From the human T2T-CHM13v2.0 reference genome, Homo sapiens: a DNA stretch of 64,000 nucleotides. Of this stretch, positions 12,601 to 24,252 are shown in pieces; the first letter of the stretch is position 1, and each line of letters begins with the position of its first letter. The DNA is taken from assembly GCF_009914755.1 (NCBI RefSeq), contig NC_060929.1, one strand, 5' to 3'. Under the pieces are notes generated by a model, which had not been told where the DNA came from, made no database searches, and saw only the letters and a program-made list of their open reading frames with translations. The position numbers and the translations under genes were made by a program.

Positions 12601-15600
12601 TTCGTTGGAAACGGGATTTCTTCATACTGTGCTAGACAGAAGAATTCTCAGTAACTTCCTTGTGTTGTGTGTATTCAACTCACAGAGTTGAACGATCCTT
12701 TACACAGAGCAGACTTGTAACACTCTTTTTGTGGAATTTGCAAGTGGAGATTTCAGCCGCTTTGAAGTCAAAGGTAGAAAAGGAAATATCTTCCTATAAA
12801 CACTAGACAGAATGATTCTCAGAAACTCCTTTGTGATGTGTGCGTTCAACTCACAGAGTTTAACCTTTCTTTTCATAGAGCAGTTAGGAAACACTCTGTT
12901 TGTAAAGTCTGCAAGTGGATATTCAGACCTCTTTGAGGCCTTCGTTGGAAACGGGTTTTTTTCATATAAGGCTAGACAGAAGAATTCCCAGTAACTTCCT
13001 TGTGTTGTGTGTGTTCAACTCACAGAGTTGAACTTTGATTTACACAGAGCAGATTTGAAACACTCTTTTTGTGGAATTTGCAAGTGGAGATTTCAAGCGC
13101 TTTGAGGCCAAAGGCAGAAAAGGAAATATCTTCGTATAAAAACTAGACAGAATCATTCTCAGAAACTGCTCTGCGATGTGTGCGTTCAACTCTCAGAGTT
13201 TAACTTTTCTTTTCATTCAGCAGTTTGGAAACACTCTGTTTGTAAAGTCTGCACGTGGATATTTTGACCACTTAGAGGCCTTCGTTGGAAACGGGTTTTT
13301 TTCCTGTAAGGCTAGACAGAAGAATTCCCAGTAACTTCCTTGTGTTGTGTACATTCAACTCACAGAGTTGAACGTTCCCTTAGACAGAGCAGATTTGAAA
13401 CACTCTTTTTGTGCAATTGGCAAGTGGAGATTTCAAGCGCTTTAAGGTCAATGGCAGAAAAGGAAATATCTTCGTTTCAAAACTAGACAGAATCATTCCC
13501 ACAAACTGCGTTGTGATGTGTTCGTTCAACTCACAGAGTTTAACCTTTCTTTTCATAGAGCAGTTAGGAAACAGTCTGTTTGTAAATTCTGTAAGTGGAT
13601 ATTCTGACATCTTGTGGCCTTCGTTGGAAACGGGATTTCTTCATATTCTGCTAGACAGAAGAATTCTCAGAATCTTCCTTGTGTTGTGTGTATTCAACTC
13701 ACAGAGTTGAACGATCCTTTACACAGAGCAGACTTGAAACACTCTTTTTGTGGAATTTGCAAGTGGAGATTTCAGCCGCTTTGAGGTCCATGGTAGAAAA
13801 GGAAATATCTTCGTATAAAAACTAGACAGAATGATTCTCAGAAACTTCTTTGTGATGTGTGCTTTCAACTCACAGAGTTTAACCTTTCTTTTCATAGAGC
13901 AGTTAGGAAACACTCTGTTTGTAAACTCTGCAAGTGGATATTCAGACCTCTTTGAGGCCTTCGTTGGAAACGGGATTTCTTCATACTGTGCTAGACAGAA
14001 GAATTCTCATTAACTTCCTTGTGTTGTGTGTATTCAACTCACAGAGTTGAACGATCCTTTACACAGAGCGGACTTGAAACACTCTTTTTGTGGAATTTGC
14101 AAGTGGAGATTTCAGCCGCGTTGAGGTCAATGGTAGAAAAGGAAATCTCTTCGTATAAAAACTAGACAGAATGATTCTCAGAAACTCCTTTGAGATGTGT
14201 GCTCTCAACTCACAGAGTTTAACCTTTCTTTTCATAGAGCAGTTAGGAAACACTCTGTTTGTAAAGTCTGCAAGTGGATATTCAGACCTCTTTGAGGCCT
14301 TCGTTGGAAACGGGTTTTTTTCATATAAGGCTAGACAGAAGAATTCCCAGTAACTTCCATGTGTTGTGTGTGTTCAACTCACAGAGTTGAACTTTCATTT
14401 ACACAGAGCAGATTTGAAACACTCTTTTTGTGGAATTTGCAAATGGAGATTTCAAGCACTTTGAGGCCAAAGGCAGAAAAGGAAATATCTTCGTAGAAAA
14501 ACTAGACAGAATCATTCTCAGAAACTGCTCTGCGATGTGTGCGTTCAACTCTCAGAGTTTAACTTTTCTTTTCATTCAGCAGTTTGGAAACACTCTGTTT
14601 GTAAAGTCTGCACGTGGATAATTTGACCACTTAGAGGTCTTCGTTGGAAACGGGTTTTTTTCATGTAACGCTAGACAGAAGAATTCTCAGTAACTTCCTT
14701 GTGTTGTGTGTATTCAACTCACAGAGTTGAAGGATCCTTTACACAGAGCAGACTTGTAACACTCTTTTTGTGGAATTTGGAAGTGTAGATTTCAGCCGCT
14801 TTGAGGTCAATGGTAGAAAAGGAAATCTCTTCGTATAAAAACTAGACAGAATGATTCTCAGAAACTCCTTTGTGATGTGTGCGTTCAACTCACAGAGTTT
14901 AACCTTTCTTTTCATAGAGCAGTTAGGAAACACTCTGTTTGTAAAGTCTGCAAGTGGATATTCAGACCTCTTTGAGGCCTTCGTTGGAAACGGGTTTTTT
15001 TCATATAAGGCTAGACAGAAGAATTCCCAGTAACTTCCATGTGTTGTGTGTGTTCAACTCACAGAGTTGAACTTTCATTTACACAGAGCAGATTTGAAAC
15101 ACTCTTTTTGTGGAATTTGCAAATGGAGATTTCAAGCGCTTTGAGGCCAGAGGCAGAAAAGGAAATATCTTCGTATAAAAACTAGACAGAATCATTCTCA
15201 GAAACTGCTCTGCGATGTGTGCGTTCAACTCTCAGAGTTTAACTTTTCTTTTCATTCAGCAGTTTGGAAACACTCTGTTTGTAAAGTCTGCATGTGGATA
15301 ATTTGACCACTTAGAGGTCTTCGTTGGAAACGGGTTTTTTTCATGTAAGGCTAGACAGAAGAATTCTCAGTAACTTCCTTGTGTTGTGTGTATTCAACTC
15401 ACAGAGTTGAACGATCCTTTGCACAGAGCAGACTTGTAACACTCTTTTTGTGGAATTTGCAAGTGGAGATTTGAGCCGCTTTGAAGTCAAAGGTAGAAAA
15501 GGAAATATCTTCCTATAAACACTAGACAGAATGATTCTCAGAAACTCCTTTGTGATGTGTGCGTTCAACTCACAGAGTTTAACCTTTCTTTTCATAGAGC

Positions 15601-16098
15601 AGTTAGGAAACACTCTGTTTGTAAAGTCTGCAAGTGGATATTCAGACCTCTTTGAGGCCTTCGTTGGAAACGGGTTTTTTTCATATAAGGCTAGACAGAA
15701 GAATTCCCAGTAACTTCCTTGTGTTGTGTGTGTTCAACTCACAGAGTTGAACGTTCCCTTAGACAGAGCAGATTTGAAACACTCTTTTTGTGGAATTTGC
15801 AAGTGGAGATTTCAAGCGCTTTGAGGCCAAAGGCAGAAAAGGAAATATCTTCGTATAAAAACTAGACAGAATCATTCTCAGAAACTGCTCTGCGATGTGT
15901 GCGTTCAACTCTCAGAGTTTAACTTTTCTTTTCATTCAGCAGTTTGGAAACACTCTGTTTGTAAAGTCTGCACGGGGATATTTTGACCACTTAGAGGCCT
16001 TCGTTGGAAACGGGTTTTTTTCCTGTAAGGCTAGACAGAAGAATTCCCAGTAACTTCCTTGTGTTGTGTACATTCAACTCACAGAGTTGAACGTTCCC
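9640..16098 (+). repeat. Variant HOR cluster: 14-mer (2381 bp), 8-mer (1359 bp), 16-mer (2719 bp)
   Basis: E-marker positions are 9640, 12021 (a D/E hybrid), 13380 and 16099. Confidence 0.92.
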
Positions 16099-19000
16099 TT
16101 AGACAGAGCAGATTTGAAACACTCTTTTTGTGCAATTGGCAAGTGGAGATTTCAAGCGCTTTAAGGTCAATGGCAGAAAAGGAAATATCTTCGTTTCAAA
16201 ACTAGACAGAATCATTCCCACAAACTGCGTTGTGATGTGTTCGTTCAACTCACAGAGTTTAACCTTTCTTTTCATAGAGCAGTTAGGAAACAGTCTGTTT
16301 GTAAATTCTGTAAGTGGATATTCTGACATCTTGTGGCCTTCGTTGGAAACGGGATTTCTTCATATTCTGCTAGACAGAAGAATTCTCAGAATCTTCCTTG
16401 TGTTGTGTGTATTCAACTCACAGAGTTGAACGATCCTTTACACAGAGCAGACTTGAAACACTCTTTTTGTGGAATTTGCAAGTGGAGATTTCAGCCGCTT
16501 TGAGGTCCATGGTAGAAAAGGAAATATCTTCGTATAAAAACTAGACAGAATGATTCTCAGAAACTTCTTTGTGATGTGTGCGTTCAACTCACAGAGTTTA
16601 ACCTTTCTTTTCATAGAGCAGTTAGGAAACACTCTGTTTGTAAACTCTGCAAGTGGATATTCAGACCTCTTTGAGGCCTTCGTTGGAAACGGGATTTCTT
16701 CATACTGTGCTAGACAGAAGAATTCTCATTAACTTCCTTGTGTTGTGTGTATTCAACTCACAGAGTTGAACGATCCTTTACACAGAGCGGACTTGAAACA
16801 CTCTTTTTGTGGAATTTGCAAGTGGAGATTTCAGCCGCGTTGAGGTCAATGGTAGAAAAGGAAATCCCTTCGTATAAAAACTAGACAGAATGATTCTCAG
16901 AAACTCCTTTGAGATGTGTGCGCTCAACTCACAGAGTTTAACCTTTCTTTTCATAGAGCAGTTAGGAAACACTCTGTTTGTAAAGTCTGCAAGTGGATAT
17001 TCAGACCTCTTTGAGGCCTTCGTTGGAAACGGGTTTTTTTCATATAAGGCTAGACAGAAGAATTCCCAGTAACTTCCATGTGTTGTGTGTGTTCAACTCA
17101 CAGAGTTGAACTTTCATTTACACAGAGCAGATTTGAAACACTCTTTTTGTGGAATTTGCAAATGGAGATTTCAAGCGCTTTGAGGCCAGAGGCAGAAAAG
17201 GAAATATCTTCGTATAAAAACTAGACAGAATCATTCTCAGAAACTGCTCTGCGATGTGTGCGTTCAACTCTCAGAGTTTAACTTTTCTTTTCATTCAGCA
17301 GTTTGGAAACACTCTGTTTGTAAAGTCTGCATGTGGATAATTTGACCACTTAGAGGTCTTTGTTGGAAACGGGTTTTTTTCATGTAAGGCTAGACAGAAG
17401 AATTCTCAGTAACTTCCTTGTGTTGTGTGTATTCAACTCACAGAGTTGAACGATCCTTTACACAGAGCAGACTTGTAACACTCTTTTTGTGGAATTTGCA
17501 AGTGGAGATTTCAGCCGCTTTGAAGTCAAAGGTAGAAAAGGAAATATCTTCCTATAAACACTAGACAGAATGATTCTCAGAAACTCCTTTGTGATGTGTG
17601 CGTTCAACTCACAGAGTTTAACCTTTCTTTTCATAGAGCAGTTAGGAAACACTCTGTTTGTAAAGTCTGCAAGTGGATATTCAGACCTCTTTGAGGCCTT
17701 CGTTGGAAACGGGTTTTTTTCATATAAGGCTAGACAGAAGAATTCCCAGTAACTTCCATGTGTTGTGTGTGTTCAACTCACAGAGTTGAACGTTCCCTTA
17801 GACAGAGCAGATTTGAAACACTCTTTTTGTGGAATTTGCAAGTGGAGATTTCAAGCGCTTTGAGGCCAAAGGCAGAAAAGGAAATATCTTCGTATAAAAA
17901 CTAGACAGAATCATTCTCAGAAACTGCTCTGCGATGTGTGCGTTCAACTCTCAGAGTTTAACTTTTCTTTTCATTCAGCAGTTTGGAAACACTCTGTTTG
18001 TAAAGTCTGCACGTGGATATTTTGACCACTTAGAGGCCTTCGTTGGAAACGGGTTTTTTTCCTGTAAGGCTAGACAGAAGAATTCCCAGTAACTTCCTTG
18101 TGTTGTGTACATTCAACTCACAGAGTTGAACGTTCCCTTAGACAGAGCAGATTTGAAACACTCTTTTTGTGCAATTGGCAAGTGGAGATTTCAAGCGCTT
18201 TAAGGTCAATGGCAGAAAAGGAAATATCTTCGTTTCAAAACTAGACAGAATCATTCCCACAAACTGCGTTGTGATGTGTTCGTTCAACTCACAGAGTTTA
18301 ACCTTTCTTTTCATAGAGCAGTTAGGAAACAGTCTGTTTGTAAATTCTGTAAGTGGATATTCTGACATCTTGTGGCCTTCGTTGGAAACGGGATTTCTTC
18401 ATATTCTGCTAGACAGAAGAATTCTCAGAATCTTCCTTGTGTTGTGTGTATTCAACTCACAGAGTTGAACGATCCTTTACACAGAGCAGACTTGAAACAC
18501 TCTTTTTGTGGAATTTGCAAGTGGAGATTTCAGCCGCTTTGAGGTCCATGGTAGAAAAGGAAATATCTTCGTATAAAAACTAGACAGAATGATTCTCAGA
18601 AACTTCTTTGTGATGTGTGCGTTCAACTCACAGAGTTTAACCTTTCTTTTCATAGAGCAGTTAGGAAACACTCTGTTTGTAAACTCTGCAAGTGGATATT
18701 CAGACCTCTTTGAGGCCTTCGTTGGAAACGGGATTTCTTCATACTGTGCTAGACAGAAGAATTCTCATTAACTTCCTTGTGTTGTGTGTATTCAACTCAC
18801 AGAGTTGAAGGATCCTTTACACAGAGCGGACTTGAAACACTCTTTTTGTGGAATTTGCAAGTGGAGATTTCAGCCGCGTTGAGGTCAATGGTAGAAAAGG
18901 AAATCTCTTCGTATAAAAAGTAGACAGAATGATTCTCAGAAACTCCTTTGAGATGTGTGCGTTCAACTCACAGAGTTTAACCTTTCTTTTCATAGAGCAG

Positions 19001-22000
19001 TTAGGAAACACTCTGTTTGTAAAGTCTGCAAGTGGATATTCAGACCTCTTTGAGGCCTTCGTTGGAAACGGGTTTTTTTCATATAAGGTTAGACAGAAGA
19101 ATTCCCAGTAACTTCCATGTGTTGTGTGTGTTCAACTCACAGAGTTGAACTTTCATTTACACAGAGCAGATTTGAAACACTCTTTTTGTGGAATTTGCAA
19201 ATGGAGATTTGAAGCGCTTTGAGGCCAGAGGCAGAAAAGGAAATATCTTCGTGTAAAAACTAGACAGTATCATTCTCAGAAACTGCTCTGCGATGTGTGC
19301 GTTCAACTCTCAGAGTTTAACTTTTCTTTTCATTCAGCAGTTTGGAAACACTCTGTTTGTAAAGTCTGCACGTGGATAATTTGACCACTTAGAGGTCTTC
19401 GTTGGAAACGGGTTTTTTTCATGTAAGGCTAGACAGAAGAATTCTCAGTAACTTCCTTGTGTTGTGTGTATTCAACTCACAGAGTTGAACGATCCTTTAC
19501 ACAGAGCAGACTTGTAACACTCTTTTTGTGGAATTTGCAAGTGGAGATTTCAGCCGCTTTGAAGTCAAAGGTAGAAAAGGAAATATCTTCCTATAAACAC
19601 TAGACAGAATGATTCTCAGAAACTCCTTTGTGATGTGTGCGTTCAACTCACAGAGTTTAACCTTTCTTTTCATAGAGCAGTTAGGAAACACTCTGTTTGT
19701 AAAGTCTGCAAGTGGATATTCAGACCTCTTTGAGGCCTTCGTTGGAAACGGGTTTTTTTCATATAAGGCTAGACAGAAGAATTCCCAGTAACTTCCTTGT
19801 GTTGTGTGTGTTCAACTCACAGAGTTGAACTCTCATTTACACAGAGCAGATTTGAAACACTCTTTTTGTGGAATTTGCAAGTGGAGATTTCAAGCGCTTT
19901 GAGGCCAAAGGCAGAAAAGGAAATATCTTCGTATAAAAACTAGACAGAATCATTCTCAGAAACTGCTCTGCGATGTGTGCGTTCAACTCTCAGAGTTTAA
20001 CTTTTCTTTTCATTCAGCAGTTTGGAAACACTCTGTTTGTAAAGTCTGCACGTGGATATTTTGACCACTTAGAGGCCTTCGTTGGAAACGGGTTTTTTTC
20101 CTGTAAGGCTAGACAGAAGAATTCCCAGTAACTTCCTTGTGTTGTGTACATTCAACTCACAGAGTTGAACGTTCCCTTAGACAGAGCAGATTTGAAACAC
20201 TCTTTTTGTGCAATTGGCAAGTGGAGATTTCAAGCGCTTTAAGGTCAATGGCAGAAAAGGAAATATCTTCGTTTCAAAACTAGACAGAATCATTCCCACA
20301 AACTGCGTTGTGATGTGTTCGTTCAACTCACAGAGTTTAACCTTTCTTTTCATAGAGCAGTTAGGAAACAGTCTGTTTGTAAATTCTGTAAGTGGATATT
20401 CTGACATCTTGTGGCCTTCGTTGGAAACGGGATTTCTTCATATTCTGCTAGACAGAAGAATTCTCAGAATCTTCCTTGTGTTGTGTGTATTCAACTCACA
20501 GAGTTGAACGATCCTTTACACAGAGCAGACTTGAAACACTCTTTTTGTGGAATTTGCAAGTGGAGATTTCAGCCGCTTTGAGGTCCATGGTAGAAAAGGA
20601 AATATCTTCGTATAAAAACTAGACAGAATGATTCTCAGAAACTTCTTTGTGATGTGTGCGTTCAACTCACAGAGTTTAACCTTTCTTTTCATAGAGCAGT
20701 TAGGAAACACTCTGTTTGTAAACTCTGCAAGTGGATATTCAGACCTCTTTGAGGCCTTCGTTGGAAACGGGATTTCTTCATACTGTGCTAGACAGAAGAA
20801 TTCTCATTAACTTCCTTGTGTTGTGTGTATTCAACTCACAGAGTTGAAGGATCCTTTACACAGAGCGGACTTGAAACACTCTTTTTGTGGAATTTGCAAG
20901 TGGAGATTTCAGCCGCGTTGAGGTCAATGGTAGAAAAGGAAATCTCTTCGTATAAAAACTAGACAGAATGATTCTCAGAAACTCCTTTGAGATGTGTGCG
21001 TTCAACTCACAGAGTTTAACCTTTCTTTTCATAGAGCAGTTAGGAAACACTCTGTTTGTAAAGTCTGCAAGTGGATATTCAGACCTCTTTGAGGCCTTCG
21101 TTGGAAACGGGTTTTTTCATATAAGGCTAGACAGAAGAATTCCCAGTAACTTCCATGTGTTGTGTGTGTTCAACTCACAGAGTTGAACTTTCATTTACAC
21201 AGAGCAGATTTGAAACACTCTTTTTGTGGAATTTGCAAATGGAGATTTGAAGCGCTTTGAGGCCAGAGGCAGAAAAGGAAATATCTTCGTGTAAAAACTA
21301 GACAGAATCATTCTCAGAAACTGCTCTGCGATGTGTGCGTTCAACTCTCAGAGTTTAACTTTTCTTTTCATTCAGCAGTTTGGAAACACTCTGTTTGTAA
21401 AGTCTGCACGTGGATAATTTGACCACTTAGAGGTCTTCGTTGGAAACGGGTTTTTTTCATGTAAGGCTAGACAGAAGAATTCTCAGTAACTTCCTTGTGT
21501 TGTGTGTATTCAACTCACAGAGTTGAACGATCCTTTACACAGAGCAGACTTGTAACACTCTTTTTGTGGAATTTGCAAGTGGAGATTTCAGCCGCTTTGA
21601 AGTCAAAGGTAGAAAAGGAAATATCTTCCTATAAACACTAGACAGAATGATTCTCAGAAACTCCTTTGTGATGTGTGCGTTCAACTCACAGAGTTTAACC
21701 TTTCTTTTCATAGAGCAGTTAGGAAACACTCTGTTTGTAAAGTCTGCAAGTGGATATTCAGACCTCTTTGAGGCCTTCGTTGGAAACGGGTTTTTTTCAT
21801 ATAAGGCTAGACAGAAGAATTCCCAGTAACTTCCTTGTGTTGTGTGTGTTCAACTCACAGAGTTGAACTCTCATTTACACAGAGCAGATTTGAAACACTC
21901 TTTTTGTGGAATTTGCAAGTGGAGATTTCAAGCGCTTTGAGGCAAAAGGCAGAAAAGGAAATATCTTCGTATAAAAACTAGACAGAATCATTCTCAGAAA

Positions 22001-24252
22001 CTGCTCTGCGATGTGTGCGTTCAACTCTCAGAGTTTAACTTTTCTTTTCATTCAGCAGTTTGGAAACACTCTGTTTGTAAAGTCTGCACGGGGATATTTT
22101 GACCACTTAGAGGCCTTCGTTGGAAACGGGTTTTTTTCCTGTAAGGCTAGACAGAAGAATTCCCAGTAACTTCCTTGTGTTGTGTACATTCAACTCACAG
22201 AGTTGAACGTTCCCTTAGACAGAGCAGATTTGAAACACTCTTTTTGTGCAATTGGCAAGTGGAGATTTCAAGCGCTTTAAGGTCAATGGCAGAAAAGGAA
22301 ATATCTTCGTTTCAAAACTAGACAGAATCATTCCCACAAACTGCGTTGTGATGTGTTCGTTCAACTCACAGAGTTTAACCTTTCTTTTCATAGAGCAGTT
22401 AGGAAACAGTCTGTTTGTAAATTCTGTAAGTGGATATTCTGACATCTTGTGGCCTTCGTTGGAAACGGGATTTCTTCATATTCTGCTAGACAGAAGAATT
22501 CTCAGAATCTTCCTTGTGTTGTGTGTATTCAACTCACAGAGTTGAACGATCCTTTACACAGAGCAGACTTGAAACACTCTTTTTGTGGAATTTGCAAGTG
22601 GAGATTTCAGCCGCTTTGAGGTCCATGGTAGAAAAGGAAATATCTTCGTATAAAAACTAGACAGAATGATTCTCAGAAACTTCTTTGTGATGTGTGCGTT
22701 CAACTCACAGAGTTTAACCTTTCTTTTCATAGAGCAGTTAGGAAACACTCTGTTTGTAAACTCTGCAAGTGGATATTCAGACCTCTTTGAGGCCTTCGTT
22801 GGAAACGGGATTTCTTCATACTGTGCTAGACAGAAGAATTCTCATTAACTTCCTTGTGTTGTGTGTATTCAACTCACAGAGTTGAAGGATCCTTTACACA
22901 GAGCGGACTTGAAACACTCTTTTTGTGGAATTTGAAAGTGGAGATTTCAGCCGCGTTGAGGTCAATGGTAGAAAAGGAAATCTCTTCGTATAAAAACTAG
23001 ACAGAATGATTCTCAGAAACTCCTTTGAGATGTGTGCGTTCAACTCACAGAGTTTAACCTTTCTTTTCATAGAGCAGTTAGGAAACACTCTGTTTGTAAA
23101 GTCTGCAAGTGGATATTCAGACCTCTTTGAGGCCTTCGTTGGAAACGGGTTTTTTCATATAAGGCTAGACAGAAGAATTCCCAGTAACTTCCATGTGTTG
23201 TGTGTGTTCAACTCACAGAGTTGAACTTTCATTTACACAGAGCAGATTTGAAACACTCTTTTTGTGGAATTTGCAAATGGAGATTTCAAGCGCTTTGAGG
23301 CCAGAGGCAGAAAAGGAAATATCTTCGTATAAAAACTAGACAGAATCATTCTCAGAAACTGCTCTGCGATGTGTGCGTTCAACTCTCAGGGTTTAACTTT
23401 TCTTTTCATTCAGCAGTTTGGAAACACTCTGTTTGTAAAGTCTGCACGTGGATAATTTGACCACTTAGAGGTCTTCGTTGGAAACGGGTTTTTTTCATGT
23501 AAGGCTAGACAGAAGAATTCTCAGTAACTTCCTTGTGTTGTGTGTATTCAACTCACAGAGTTGAACGATCCTTTACACAGAGCAGACTTGTAACACTCTT
23601 TTTGTGGAATTTGCAAGTGGAGATTTCAGCCGCTTTGAAGTCAAAGGTAGAAAAGGAAATATCTTCCTATAAACACTAGACAGAATGATTCTCAGAAACT
23701 CCTTTGTGATGTGTGCGTTCAACTCACAGAGTTTAACCTTTCTTTTCATAGAGCAGTTAGGAAACACTCTGTTTGTAAAGTCTGCAAGTGGATATTCAGA
23801 CCTCTTTGAGGCCTTCGTTGGAAACGGGTTTTTTTCATATAAGGCTAGACAGAAGAATTCCCAGTAACTTCCTTGTGTTGTGTGTGTTCAACTCACAGAG
23901 TTGAACTCTCATTTACACAGAGCAGATTCGAAACACTCTTTTTGTGGAATTTGCAAGTGGAGATTTCAAGCGCTTTGAGGCCAAAGGCAGAAAAGGAAAT
24001 ATCTTCGTATAAAAACTAGACAGAATCATTCTCAGAAACTGCTCTGCGATGTGTGCGTTCAACTCTCAGAGTTTAACTTTTCTTTTCATTCAGCAGTTTG
24101 GAAACACTCTGTTTGTAAAGTCTGCACGTGGATATTTTGACCACTTAGAGGCTTTCGTTGGAAACGGGTTTTTTTCCTGTAAGGCTAGACAGAAGAATTC
24201 CCAGTAACTTCCTTGTGTTGTGTACATTCAACTCACAGAGTTGAACGTTCCC
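16099..24252 (+). repeat. Four 12-mer HORs
   Basis: E at 16099, 18138, 20177, 22215 and 24253 (spacing 2038-2039). Confidence 0.95.
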
